From Octopus vulgaris (lineage: Eukaryota), in assembly GCA_951406725.2 (NCBI GenBank), contig OX597824.1, positions 69,874,001-69,938,000 on the forward strand: DNA of 64,000 nt, given 5' to 3'. The translations under genes were made by a program, and so were the position numbers. How positions within the stretch are numbered: the first letter of the stretch is position 1; every line of letters begins with the position of its first letter. Below the pieces are notes generated by a model. It saw nothing but the letters and a program-made list of their open reading frames with translations, was not told the origin of the DNA and did not search any database. Below are positions 1-13,505 of the stretch, one piece after another.

Positions 1-160
1 AATGCATTTACAATTCAGATCATTGCAGCATATTACAATAACGGAAGCGAAATGAAACGAAACAGAAACAGAAAAAAAGAATTAATTTATAATACAAGCA
101 TACTATTTATAGTACCGCAAAAAAGAAAACTGGAAGTTTATGGATTAGTCAAAGTAATGT

Positions 161-230
161 CCTCATCTTGATAGTTGCTTTCACTACGTTTCGGATGTGT
201 TCGCTCCAGACTGCTTCAGGTGTCTTGTAA
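161..230 (-). ncRNA. Degenerate minimal hammerhead-ribozyme motif in a PLE terminal-type repeat
   Basis: Minus strand reads gacac-CUGAAGC-A-gucug..aucc-GAAA-CG-UA-GUGA. It is homologous to the copies at 3071-3120 and 21916-21961, but the core and stem II are mutated. Confidence 0.5.
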
Positions 231-289
231 TTCATGTTAGTGTGTTGCCTCGATGTGTGTCGTCATGATAGATCGGTAGCCACCACACA

Positions 290-437
290 TTCTTCATTTT
301 CTCTCCTTGTTTCTTTCTATGGAAGAGCGTAGGCTCGAAACGTTAAAGACTTTTTCACTTCCCGAGTGTCAAGCTGATACATTTGTTTGTTGTCTAAACC
401 ACCTGTCTTCGTCTTTTGTTTTTTGTGAATTCTCCCT
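290..437 (+). mobile_element. Short repeat with variant-core minimal hammerhead motif (312-349), ending in (TA)n
   Basis: UCUUU-CUAUGGA-A-GAGC-guag-GCUC-GAAA-CG-UU-AAAGA, with stems I and II intact. Second copy at 48085-48238 and tail fragment at 59000-59052. Confidence 0.6.
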
Positions 438-533
438 ATATATGTGTGTCTGTGTGAGAGAGAGAGAGTGTGTGTGTATGTGTGTGTGTATGTGTGTGAG
501 TGTGTGTGTGCGTGTGTGTGTGCGTGTGTGTGT

Positions 534-888
534 GGAGGTGCAATGGCCCAGTGGTTAGGGTAGCGGACTCGCAGCCGTGGGATCGCGGTTTCGATTCCCA
601 GACCGGACGTTGTGAGTGTTTATTGAGCGAAAACACTTAAAGTTACACGAGGATCCAGCAGGGGCGGTGGCGAACCCTGCTGTACTCTTTCACCACAACC
701 CTCTCTTTCTCTTTCTTCCTGTTTCTGTTGTACCTATATTTCAAAGGGTCAGCCTTGTCACACACCGTGTCACGCTAAATCTCCCCAAGAACTACGTTAA
801 CGGCACACGCGTCTGTGGAGTGCTCAGCCACTTACACGTTAATTCCACGGATCAACTGGAACCCTCGTCGTCGTAACCGACGGAGAGT
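534..888 (+). mobile_element. tRNA-derived SINE, family A
   Basis: A-box-like TGGCCCAGTGG and B-box-like GGTTTCGATTCC. Homologous copies at 3242-3631(-), 13208-13505 and 44143-44338(-). Confidence 0.85.
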
Positions 889-1090
889 CACGATACACAC
901 ACACACACACACACACAATAGAGCAAGAGAAAGACAAAAGAAAGTGAAATGTTTTATATTCTTAAAGTGAGCAATAATAATGTTTCATCTACCTATGTGA
1001 TTTATTATACCTTAACCGTTTTGAACGATGAAGATTTGAAGTAGAAATATAGAAGAATATATGCGAAGATTAACAAATTCCGTACTGGCT

Positions 1091-1274
1091 CTGTGTCAAA
1101 ATTCCCAGATTTTCATTTCAACCGTTTTACTATCAAGGACCCCTTTTAATTTAAATAAGTTTTCCCACGGACCCCAGGATATTGAAAAATCTGTCAGTTT
1201 AACATATTCACGGATCCCCAATACTACCTTTGCGGATCACCAGAGGTCCGCGGACCACAGGTTGGGAATCACTG
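1091..1274. mobile_element. Decayed hAT (Charlie-like) MITE, right end
   Basis: Ends in CAGGTTGGGAATCACTG with repeated cggacccc-type subterminal motifs. The left end is uncertain. Confidence 0.45.
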
Positions 1275-3044
1275 CTCTGGCTTATATCCGAACACATTTT
1301 AACTGAAAGTAGGATCAAATCTTAAAATGCTTCTTGACGTACCTTTACGCTTAAAGATATTGCGTAGTCCTTTTATATTATGGTGAGAAGTACTATTAAA
1401 ACAGGTTTCATCTGAAGACAATGAAAATACACATTAACTTATATGGGATACCAACGTATTCAAAACTGTAATAGGCAGATTAGAGTTCATTATATATTGT
1501 AATTTTTCATTAGGGTTTTCCATAAAGGTAAAACTTATTAGTATCAAGGTTTATAGCGACATCCGATATTCTGACTACACTAAGGCTTCTATGTATCAAC
1601 CACCATTCTTAAATCTAATTCTTTGGATGTCTCTATAAGATCTTTTCTGAATATGTATAAAATGTCACCGTTCATACAACACAAGTCTATTAAACTATTG
1701 TACTTGATTCCAATATTATCTCGTCCTCAGATGATAAACACCATTTATCTTCCATTCAAATAATAGTGCTTCTGTAACTAAATGGTTTCAGCGGCATCAA
1801 CGATGGAAAACATTAAGAATTCACGCAATTCCATGTAATAGAATTTCTTTATAAAGCTTTAGCTTTCGCAAATAATCCTATCTACTTCATAAAAACCTTA
1901 GTTTTCGCTTATAATTATATCTCAATTAGTGAATCTGATATCGGAATTATGCACGCGTGGAAGTCCCTGCCACTCTTTGATAACTCATTTTGAGTTAAAA
2001 ACAACAGTGAGGGAGAGGCATGATATCCCCATGGTGTTTTATAAAGAGGCTCGCATTCAGGAAATTATTGGAATATATATGTGTGTCTGTGTGAGAGAGA
2101 GAGAGTGTGTGTATGTGTGTGTGTATGTGTGTGAGTGTGTGTGTGTGCGTGTGTGTGTGTGTGTGTGTGTGGAGGCGCAATGGCCCAGTGTATGTAGATA
2201 TATACGTATGTATATATATATATACGTATGTATGTATATATATATATACGTATGTATGTATGTATATATATATATATATATTTATATATGTATATATATA
2301 TAGAGAGAGAGAGAGAAAGAGAGAGAGAAATAGTGAGAGCGAGAGTGAGTGAGAGAGAGAGAAAGAGAGAGAGAGGTACACATATATTTATATGTGTGTG
2401 TATATGTATATATATACATATGTATATATGTGTGTATATGTATGTCTATGTAATGTATATGTATGTACATATACGTATATAAATATCCATATATATATAT
2501 ATATTACAATTATATAGTAATATATATATATATATATACACACACATATATATATATAATATATATATATATATATACACACTTGTATGTGACGTGTGTG
2601 TGTCTGTGTGTCTGTATGTGTGTGCACGCGCGTATCTGCATCTGTGTGTGTGTGTACACTCAAAATCGTTAAGCATACAAGAACCTCACAATGGAGAAAA
2701 TCTTAATTTGGCTAATTGAAGCTTTCAATGCTTAAGTGTGCTCAACATCTAAATAACAATTTGTTAGGGGTTATGACCAACACCTAAATGGTTAAACGGA
2801 ATGCATGATTGCCAAATATCTTCACACATCGACTATGTGCATTTATTTTCCTCACACCTGGATGTGTATTCGCCGACATCAAGAGGTAGTTGCGAACAAT
2901 GGCTTCCACAGCCGAGCGGTATACTGGTTACTAGGGTTACTAGGGATTTAATATAAAGGGAAGGAAGCGAATATATTTTAGACAAGAAAAATACACTTCT
3001 ATATTTCTGTTATGAAGACTACATAATATGCATTAGTCGGGATG

Positions 3045-3120
3045 GTGATGTTCTCATCTTCATTGTCGCTTTCACTACGTTTCGGCCTTTGAGCGCTCCA
3101 GCCTTCTTCAGGTCTCTTAT
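3045..3120 (-). ncRNA. Minimal hammerhead motif, left arm of an inverted pair
   Basis: Minus strand: gagac-CUGAAGA-A-GGCU-loop-GGCC-GAAA-CG-UA-GUGA. Core is canonical, stem I is weakened. The inverted partner lies at about 3205-3241 plus 3644-3670. Confidence 0.65.
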
Positions 3121-3241
3121 GATCCACTTTACTGCCATGCCTGAGATTGGACTCGGAACCTTTTTGCGAGTTCACTACATTTCAGCGCCTTTATCCACTA
3201 CGCTACATAAAGAAAACAAGAGCGTACACAGCAGAAACATA

Positions 3242-3631
3242 GTGTAGGAGCACTCCGTCGGTTGCGACGATGAGGGTCCCAGCTGATACGATCAACGGAA
3301 TAGCTTGCTCGTGATATTAACGTGCAAGTGGCTGAGCACTCCACAGACACGTGTACCCTTAACGTAGTTCTCGAGGAGATTCAGCGTGACACACAGAATG
3401 TGACAAGGCTGGACCTTTGAAATACAGGTACAAGAGAAACAGGGAGAAAGAGCGAGAGAAAGTTGTGGTGAAAGAGTACAGCAGGGTTCACCACCACCCC
3501 CTGCCGGAGCCTCGTGGAGCTTTAGGTGTTTTCGCTCAATAAACACTCACAATGCCCGGTCTGGGAATCGAAACCGCGATCATCCGACCGCGAGTCCGCT
3601 GCCCTAACCACTGAGCCATTGCGCCTCCACA
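3242..3631 (-). mobile_element. tRNA-derived SINE family A, full length, with 12-bp TSD
   Basis: Reverse complement of the 534-888 element. AGCAGAAACATA at 3230-3241 and 3632-3643. Confidence 0.9.
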
Positions 3632-3904
3632 AGCAGAAACATACTGAAAGCAACAATGAAGATGAGTATATCTTCATATAAAGAAAAGTACAGTTTTACA
3701 GTGATAGGGAAAACAATTTTAGAGCGCTGTACCAGCAAAGATACTAAGTAAGAAAGCATAAAATACCGTGTAGAAATTAATACGTGATAACTGGAGACAT
3801 AGAGTTTCTTAGGTTATATCTTTATCGTTTTATTGAGTCATCTATACACTGAATAGTGCTCAATAACTAATGTGAATTATTTGGGACGCTGGCCTATCCA
3901 TTTT

Positions 3905-4008
3905 TTTGTTGTTTTTTTTGTTTTTTGTTCTCTTCATCCCCCAAAAGAAAAGCTCTACCTTGTAACTTGTCCCATCTGTGTGCAGCCCTGTGTGGCCAAT
4001 AAAGAAAC
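3905..4008 (+). mobile_element. 3' tail of a non-LTR element followed by (ATCT)n
   Basis: Ends GCCCTGTGTGGCCAATAAAGAAA, similar to GCCCTTGTGGCCAATAAAAGAA at about 39360-39381. Poly(A) signal directly before the microsatellite. Confidence 0.45.
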
Positions 4009-4037
4009 TTATCTATCTATCTATGTATCTATGTATG

Positions 4038-4100
<63 letters not shown>

Positions 4101-4112
4101 GTATCTATGTAG

Positions 4113-4285
<173 letters not shown>

Positions 4286-4455
4286 TAAACAAAAGCGCTC
4301 ACACTCTAGAAAAAAACTTCTTCCCCAAAATGGTTAGTAACATCCTCATAGCAGATTTGATAACATTTACTTCAAATACAATTTGTCTAAAAATCACCTT
4401 TACACTTCAAGATTTGTATTACGTAATTCTCATAGACCTTCACACACACTACCAA

Positions 4456-4490
4456 GGCCTTGTGACGGAAACCGAAAGAAGCCCGTCGTA

Positions 4491-4547
<57 letters not shown>

Positions 4548-4752
4548 CTGTGTTTGTCCCCCCTTACATCGCTTGACAACCGATGCTGGTGTGTTTACAT
4601 CCCCGTAACTTAGCAGTTCGGCGAAAGAAACCGATAAAATAGATACTAGGCTTACACAGAAATAAGTCCTGGGGTCGATTTGCTCGACTAAAACAGGCGG
4701 TGCTCCAGCATGGCCACAGTCAAATGACTGAAACAAGTAAAAGAGTAAAAGA

Positions 4753-4755
<3 letters not shown>
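4456..4755 (+). mobile_element. SINE family B (CORE-like, internal TA/TG microsatellite), 5'-truncated
   Basis: gaaagaagcccgtcg-(TA)n(TG)n-...ggtgctccagcatggccacagtcaaatgactgaaacaagtaaaagag, shared with many copies in the window. Confidence 0.85.
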
Positions 4756-4807
<52 letters not shown>

Positions 4808-5775
4808 CTGCATAAACTATATATTAAATTTAAATATTCGCATTATCACCTTATTTTTTTTTCTTTTTCTTTTTTTTTGTTTGTACTTCTAGCTATGGTA
4901 GAAGAAGGTATTTTGCCCAAGTCTGCAAAGTAGGGTCGAAGGCAGGACAACTTGGTAAGGAAGCGATCTTGTTAACGACACTGCCACGTCTCTGACCATA
5001 TAAGCATCGTTGTTAGAAGAAGAAAAAAAAAGCAAAGACAAAAACAATTACCTTTTTTAGTAATGTTTATATTTTTTCCATGTAATTATATGTCATTATA
5101 AATTGTTTTTAAAATGTTTAGTGAGATTGTTGTCGGAGTCAAAGTTCGTCATGTGATATATTCTTGCACAACGAGCACGGAGGCTGGCAAGTTATGCATG
5201 CAGTTTTTGAGAAGGGAGTGGCGAAAAGAGAAAGAGATAGACTGAGAGAGAGAGGTTGAGAAAGAGCGAGAGAGAGAGAGTGAGAGAGAAATAGTAAGGG
5301 TGTGCGTTTCTATAAGTGAATGAAAGAGAATTAGAGAGTGTATTAGAGAGTGTGAAGGAGTAATGGAGGAAAAGTTAGTGAAGATATTAACGAACAACAA
5401 AAACTCTGTTCATACGATTGAAAAAATGTTTAGACTCAGGAGAATAATCTTATGATTTATAAAATTTTGATCGTGTGCAGTATTTGTACCGTTTTTACTA
5501 AGTTACGTTCGTGTCTGGATACACACATGCATACATACATACATAATACATGCAAACATACATACATACATACGTACACATATATATACATATATATACA
5601 TATATATTTATACATACACACACATATATATATATGAATATATACGCGCATACGATATGTACATAATGCATATAAAATATATATATATACATGCATACAT
5701 ACATATATAAATATGTGTACATGTATGTGTGTTTCAAGGAATATGGTGTGACTACATGCTAGCCTTGTATATATG

Positions 5776-5819
<44 letters not shown>

Positions 5820-6749
5820 CATACATAAATACATACATACATACATGCATACATATACACATATATATATACATATATATATACACACACACACACATAT
5901 ATATATAAATTCATATATATATACACACGCACACATATATACATAATGAGACAAACACATATATATGCATATATACACACGCAAAATTTTATTTTATATG
6001 TACATGTGTGTGAGTAAGTGGGAGCATGGTTGCGACTATATGCCTGGCGGTATGTATGTATGTTATATATGCTCGTGTATGTGCGTCGGTGGAGTAAAAT
6101 TTTCGTGATAGCGCTTGTATGTAACGGTGTGTCCGTGTGACGACAGTGTGCTGTGGTTTTTCCTCTTGTATAAATATGTGTCTATTTATGCATATACGTG
6201 TGTGTGTGTGTGTGTGTGCATTTCTGTGTACCATTGCCTGTGTGTGTATGTGCGTGTATTGTTTGTTCTTCTCTTTCAATTATTTCCCTCTGAAGACGTC
6301 TAGTTCTTATATGGAAGCATTATATGTATTTATTCCTCTTGACTTGTTGTTTTGTGTTGTTGTGTGATTTGGGATTTGTGTTTTACTCCTGAAACAAACA
6401 AAAAAATAATAATAATAATAATTTAACCAAAAAACAAACCATAAAACCATAAAAAATAACCAGAAAATATTTCTAAAAGTATAAATAAAATAAACGAAAA
6501 ACAGAAGAATTATAATTTGAAAGCAAATCATATAACGATTAAATCTATTATACCGCTAATGTTTCTTTTTTGCTATTGTTGTTGTTATAGTTGTTGGGCT
6601 CTTGTTGTTTTTCTTTTTCTTTTTTTTTTTGGTTTTTGGTTTTTTTATATATTTCTTCTCCTCTATAACTCGTCCTTCCATTCGTTATAAATTAAATTTG
6701 ATAAGCCTGAAACTAATTTAAATATTTATCAAATGGAAATTTCAAACTG

Positions 6750-7135
6750 TCTTCTCTAACAGCAATGCCAACATCAACTCCACCACCACCACAACCGCAA
6801 CCACCACTACGACCACTACCACCACAACCACCACCACCACAAGCATCAGCGCCACAACCACAACCACAGCCAACACCGTCACTACCACAACCACCGACGC
6901 CGCCGTCGCCGCCGCTGCCACCGATATAACCAGAAACAACATTAACATTACCACCAGAAGTCCCATCACCATCTCCATCACCACCAGCACCACCTGAAGC
7001 ACACAAGACAAAAGAAAAAAAATGTTAAATAAATATACAAATTTTAATTTTTTTTAAATTGAAAAAAGATTACACATATATACATATACACACATATATA
7101 TATATACATATATGTACATATATACATATATATGT

Positions 7136-7185
<50 letters not shown>

Positions 7186-7215
7186 GTATGTATATATGCA
7201 TTATGTATGTGTATG

Positions 7216-7264
<49 letters not shown>

Positions 7265-7302
7265 TTATATAAATACATGCATATATATATATACATATAT
7301 AC

Positions 7303-7384
<82 letters not shown>

Positions 7385-7627
7385 GGGTCGTATAAAATAA
7401 AAGAACAAACACAACTATAACAAGAGCAATAACAACCATTACAACAGATCAAATGATAAAACATTTTTTTTTTCAAATTAAGCAAACAAAATAATGATGC
7501 TACTACTACTACTATTACTACTACTAATAATAATAATAATAACAACAACAATTATAATGACAATGGCTGCAGCAGCGGTAGTAGTAGTAGCAGCAACAGT
7601 AGCATCAGCAGCAGCAGCAGCAACAGC

Positions 7628-7688
<61 letters not shown>

Positions 7689-8532
7689 TCGAGAATGGTA
7701 ATACTAGTAATAATAAAGCAACAATTACTTTTTAAAAAATATTTACAAAAACTATTTTTAAAAAAAAGACAAAAAGAATGTAAAAAGTTAATTCCAGCTG
7801 ATCTCTTCTTCAATTTTCTCAATCATTTTGATGTCGTTTTAAAATAATTAGTTAACACGCTTAAAAGTATGTAATGGCGACGGTGGTGGTGGTGGTGGTG
7901 GTCGTCGTCGTCGTCGTTGTGGTCGTCGTCGTGGTGTTCATGGTGGTGGCGGCCGCGGCGCCAGTGGTGGTAGTGGTATCGGTGTGGTCTTGGTGGAGGT
8001 GGGGTGGTGGTGATGGTGGTGGTGGTGGTGGTAATCTTTGTAGCTTTTGTTGCTTGCTTTTGGTGTGGGTGAAGTTGTAGGTAGCGTTGTTGTTATTGGT
8101 GGCGCTAATGCATGTGATGGTGGTGGTGGTTGTGGTGGTGGTGGTGGTGGTCTTTTTGTTGTCGTTGTTTGTGTTGATGTGTTTCTTGTTGCTACTGCTG
8201 ACAGAGGTGGTGATGGTGTTATTGTTGTTGGTAGTGGTGGTGGTGGTGGTGCTGGTGGAGAGGACGATGATGATAATGATGGTGGTGATGGCGGTGGTGG
8301 TGGTGGTGGTGGTGTAGGTGGTGGCTATCCTGGCAGGTTGAGGATGGTGATGAGAATGATGATGTTGACAATGATGGTGATGATGATGATGATCATTATC
8401 ATCCCCATCATTATCGTAACTATCATCATCATCAACATCGTCATCATCGCCATGATGATGATGGTGGTGATAATGATGGTCATCATCATCATAATTATTA
8501 TCATCATCATCATTATCATCATCATCATCTTT

Positions 8533-8577
<45 letters not shown>

Positions 8578-9350
8578 TACATCATCTTCATCATCATTAT
8601 CATCATCGACATTGTCATTATCGCCATCATCATCTCCACCCTCTTAACCATTGTGGTCGTCGTCGTCGTCATCGCCATCATCATCATCATCAGCGTCACC
8701 TTCATTATCATCATCATCATTATCATCATCATTATCATCATCACTCCATCAATATCATCAATATCGTCATCATCGTCATCATCATCTCCACCACCTTCAT
8801 CATCATCAACATCATCCTCATCATTGCCAACATCATCACCACCACCACCAGCTTCATGATTGTTATCGTCATTCGTATCATCCACATTTCGTCAAAATCG
8901 CCATCACTAGCCATTATCATTTTTCTTTCCCAGTATCACCCTCATCATCACCATCGCCACAGCGATAATCCTCTTCTTCTTCTTCTTTATCATTATCATT
9001 ATCGTTGCCTACATCACCGCCGCCACCACCACCACAATAACTACCCTCATTTCCATCACCGTCATCCCCACCACCATCGCCCCTACCACCATTATAACAA
9101 TCATCAGTTTCACAACCGTCAGCATCACCACCAACATCATCATAGCCACCAGCATCACCAACATCATAACCATCATCCCCATTTTTACAACCCCAACACC
9201 ATCGCCACAATCACCACCGACACCACCACCAACTCCTTCACCATCATTGCTATCACCATACTCACCATCACCATCCCCACCGTTACCATCTCTACCGTCG
9301 CCACCACTACAAACATCAGTGTCATTACTTCCATCACCGTCTATTTTCTA
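6750..9350. repeat. Compound low-complexity trinucleotide region (ACC/GGT, TAG, CAG, CAT/ATG) with a (TA)n block
   Basis: Directly visible; explains the poly-G/V/I/H/S ORFs. Confidence 0.95.
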
Positions 9351-9706
9351 CTTTCCCCGTTTCCTATAAATATCAGAAAAAATTATAATTTAATTAAATA
9401 TTAAATATTTAAATATTTATATAGTTATTTATTGATTAGAATTTTCCTTTCTTAATTTAAGTTGTATCATATCTATGTAATCATCTGCATTTATTACAGT
9501 GTCTTCCGGTTCCGGTGTGGACGTGATTCCTAAACAAACGCATGCACAAACAATCATATAAGAACACAAGCAATACATACACACACATACATGCATACTT
9601 ACACAAAAATATGTACATGTTTATACATAAATACATATCATATATGTATACATATATATATACACACACACACACACATATATATATATAAATATAAATG
9701 TATATA

Positions 9707-10310
9707 CGCAGTCTGATCACTAAGTATCCGGACTGTTGCTATATAACGAAGCTAAAGCATGCAGAGTGAAGCCGCTTGAACTCTGCTGTGCATGCGCACT
9801 AAGTTTTGACGCTCTAGTTCACTTCCGCTGTTTACAGCAGTACTTGGAATTAAGGTGTGTAGCGTGTGATCGTCGCATTAACTGTGACAAATTTGTCATG
9901 GAGATACCTGCTCAGAGGCCAACGCAAAGTTGCAGAAAGTGTATGAGGAGAAGTGTATGAGCCACACATAAGTGTACGAGTGGTTCAGACGTTTCCAAGA
10001 TGGCCGAGAAAATGATATTGACCCTCAACCAGCAGAACTGAGAAACACATCGCAGATATGTGTGCAGCTGTGAGGAGAAATCGTCGAATCACCATCTGTA
10101 AGTTATCAGGGGATGTGCAGATTCAGTTCAGTCCATTATCACTGAAGATTTGGGTATGAGACATGTGCCTGCCAAAGCTGCTTTCAGCTGACCCAGAAGA
10201 CACTCGGGTTTCAGTTGTATAAAATCTCATTGATTGTATCAAGAATGATGAAAGTTATTTGAAAACTCTGCGTAGGCCTCTGAACAGGTATCGCCAAGCT
10301 TTTGCCAGAT
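9707..10310 (+). mobile_element. Decayed mariner-like transposon, 5' part
   Basis: TA then CGCAGTCTGATCACTAAGTATCCGGACT terminus. Broken frames give VYEWFRRFQDGREN, PSTSRTEKHIADM..RRNRRITI and VQSIITEDLGMRHVPAK (mariner HTH region). Confidence 0.7.
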
Positions 10311-10430
10311 TATCTGTTTAACTTTCTGCTATGGTCTGCGAAAACAAAGACGGAAAAACAGACGATGTTACACAAATATAAATACAAAATACAATGAAGA
10401 AAGTAATAATAATAATAATAATAATAATAA

Positions 10431-11595
10431 AACTTGTCTCAAAACATGAAAACAAGAAAGCATCATACTCAGTAACAAAACAGGCAAAGGAATATTTAAG
10501 TGAATTCCGAATACAACAAATTTCGGAATTAGAGATAGACATACAAGAAACAGGCACAGAAAAAGCTAAGCGCATGAAAACCCGTGCTAAATCTGCGGCC
10601 TTAGATATTCTGAATGATAAATGGCAAGAAAAACCTCTCTATGGCAAATACCCAAAGAGAGCGAATAATGCAGATGTTGACAAAGCCCTGACCCATCAAT
10701 GGCTAATGATCTCTGACTTAAAATCTGAAACAGAGGGGTTTATCATAGCAGCTCAAGATCAATGCCTACCAACAAGAAACTACCAGGCCAACATATTAAA
10801 GATCGGCAGTAGTCCAACGTGTCGTGTATGCCAGCAACAAAACGAAACCATTGATCATGTGGTCTCCAAGTGCAGTCTTCTAGCACCTACAGAGTACCTC
10901 AACAGGCATGATAGAGCTGCACAATATATTCACTGGGTAATCTGCAAAAACCTGGATTTGCCCCATGAAAAAAAACTGGTGGGAACACAAACCACCACCA
11001 GTGCTTGAAAATGACCACATCTCACTCCTCTGGAACTTCACCATTCAAACTGACAGAAAGATAGATGCAAATAGGCCAGACATCATATTGAAAGACTTCA
11101 AAGAACATGCCTCCTCATTGATATGACCGTCCCAATTTATATAAACGTATCTATCAAGACCTACCAAAAACTGAGCAAATATAAAGATCTTGAAATAGAA
11201 ATCAGCAAAATGTGGAACCTGAAGACTAAAACAATACCTGTTGTCATATGTGCCCTGAGAATGATAGCAAAAGGGGCTGATTGCTACCTAACTCAGATAC
11301 CAGGAAACCCAAAAGTGGTAGAAATTCAAAAGATAGTGCTCATGGGAACTGCTCATATCCTACGCAAAATACTTTCTATGTAATCTCAAGGTTTAAAACA
11401 AACATTTTTGTTTTTGTTTTTAGACACCCACCAGTACAACACGTTTTTAGACACCCACCAGTACAACACAAAAAAACAACCAAATATATGGCACACTAGG
11501 AATAACAACAACGTGAACTTCCAACCTGTTGTCTCTTGAGGTCTCCGGGTAAGACTTGGAGCCAACTTGTACAAATATAAAGCAAAAGTCAAACT
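10431..11595 (+). mobile_element. R4/Dong-type RLE LINE, 5'-truncated, frameshifted
   Basis: ETEGFIIAAQDQ, CRVC..ETIDHVVSKC zinc knuckle, RHD, NRPDI and KLSKYKDL endonuclease motifs (ORFs 10394-11008 and 11123-11383). Flanked by (TAA)n on both sides. Confidence 0.9.
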
Positions 11596-11703
<108 letters not shown>

Positions 11704-11723
11704 AAGAAGAAGAAGAAGAAGAA

Positions 11724-12193
11724 GAAAGCAACCATACTCTGGGATATGCCGATACACACAGATAGAGAAATTAAGGCCAACAGATCAGATATAGTTGTCA
11801 GAGATCATGAAGAAAAAAAATGCTTTCTAATTGATGTATCAATACCGGCAGATGACAACGTGTCTCTAAAAGAAATGGAGAAACTCTCAAAATACAAAGA
11901 CCTGGAAATAGAGGTAACTAGAATGTGGAACCTGAAAACAGAAACAATTCCTATCATAGTAGGTGCATTAGGCATGATAAAAAAATATTCAGACAAATAC
12001 ATAACAAAAACACCAGGACTTACAAACACATATAACATACAAAAAATTGCACTACTAGGCACTGCACACATCCTACGCAGAACACTTTCCATACAATAAC
12101 CATCAGAGCATCACAACAAATCACAGCACATACCCAAGGCACACAGAGCTGCGCTCGGTAGTGAAGTGAAAGCACGCTATAAGAATAAAACTA

Positions 12194-12198
<5 letters not shown>
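11724..12198 (+). mobile_element. R4/Dong-type LINE 3' fragment (RLE domain + 3'UTR)
   Basis: ORF 11746-12099: TDREIKANRSDIV..LIDVSIP..EKLSKYKDL. Followed by (AAT)n; same family as 18870-20117. Confidence 0.9.
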
Positions 12199-12283
<85 letters not shown>

Positions 12284-13100
12284 TATAATAATAATAACAG
12301 GACATAACAACAGGTGTCTTTCGACTGGGATCGAATTGAATTCAGCTGGCGTATGTGGAAATGAAGCCTTACGGCAGAGATACAGAACTTTCACAAACAC
12401 AGGGAAGAATATTGATGTGGCAGCAACCATAGTCAGACGCAAAAAAAAGGGCTAGCAGTCTGGCCTATCGGTCACGTGAGAAGAGAAGAGAGAGAAAAAG
12501 AGGAACAAAAGAATTAAGGAGGGGGAAGAGAAGAGAGTGTAGAAGCAGATGGACAGAGGAATTAAGGAGGGGCGAGAAAAAAATGACAGAGTCATAGTGA
12601 AGTGAAAAATGTGTAAGAAAGGCAAAGAAATGTGAGAGAAGGGGAAAGAAGGAACGAAGAGTGGAATGAACGAATAAGTGTGAAAAGGTTGAAAAAGTCG
12701 TACAAAATTTGTCAACCCCACCTCTAAGAAATTGTGAATTGCGTGGAGAATTCATGGAATAAAATTGCCGACAGTTGCTTTTCCAATGCACTACGAACAG
12801 GGTAGTTGGAAAAAAAAGTCTTCAATTATTATGGAAAGTTATATTGCCAAACATGAGAGATTGGGGTCTACAGGAAAAGGGATTTACAAGAAATTCAGTC
12901 TGAAGTTCGGGGTTTGATGACTTATAACGATGTTCCGGAAAAGGAAGAAATGTTTGTACATCACTGAAAACAAGAGGCAAATAAATAAAGTTTTGTTAAC
13001 TAAAAACATGAGTTTCCTTTTAACAATTTTTTGTCCTTTTACTCGAGGACATGAGACTTTTTGTTTTTCTTGGATTTTTTTTCTGCAAAAATATAAAGCA

Positions 13101-13179
13101 CCCCCCGAAAATAAGACCCTGTCTTATATAATTTTGCATCTAAAAATGCACTTGGGCTTATTTTCAGGGAAACACGGTA
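13101..13179. mobile_element. pogo/Tc2-like DNA transposon terminus
   Basis: Ends CTTATTTTCAGGGAAACACGG-TA with an inverted subterminal copy CCCCGAAAATAAGACCC. Confidence 0.45.
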
Positions 13180-13207
13180 TATCCACTCACATACATACAT
13201 ACTTATT

Positions 13208-13505
13208 GGAGGCGTATGGTCTAGTGGTTAGAGCAGCGGACTCGCGGTCGAGGGATCGCGGGTTCGAATCTCAGACCGGGCGATGTGTGTGTTTATGAGC
13301 GAAACACCTAAGCTCCACGCGGCTCCGGCAGAAGGTAAAGGCAAACTTCTGCTGACTCTTTCGCCACAACTTACTCTCAAGCTTTCCTCTTGCAGCTGAC
13401 CTGCGACGGACCGGCGTCCCGTCCAGGTGGGGAACCTATACGCCAAGAAAACCGGGAAACCGGCCCTATGAGCCGGGCGTGGTTCGAGAAAGAGCAAACA
13501 ACAAC
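13208..13505 (+). mobile_element. tRNA-derived SINE, family A head with a different 3' tail
   Basis: TGGTCTAGTGG and GGTTCGAATC boxes, then a body shared with 534-888, then a distinct tail ending in (ACA)n. Confidence 0.8.

Noticed and set aside
534-606. tRNA gene-like sequences at SINE heads
   Set aside because: They continue into SINE bodies and lack a complete cloverleaf; not tRNA genes.
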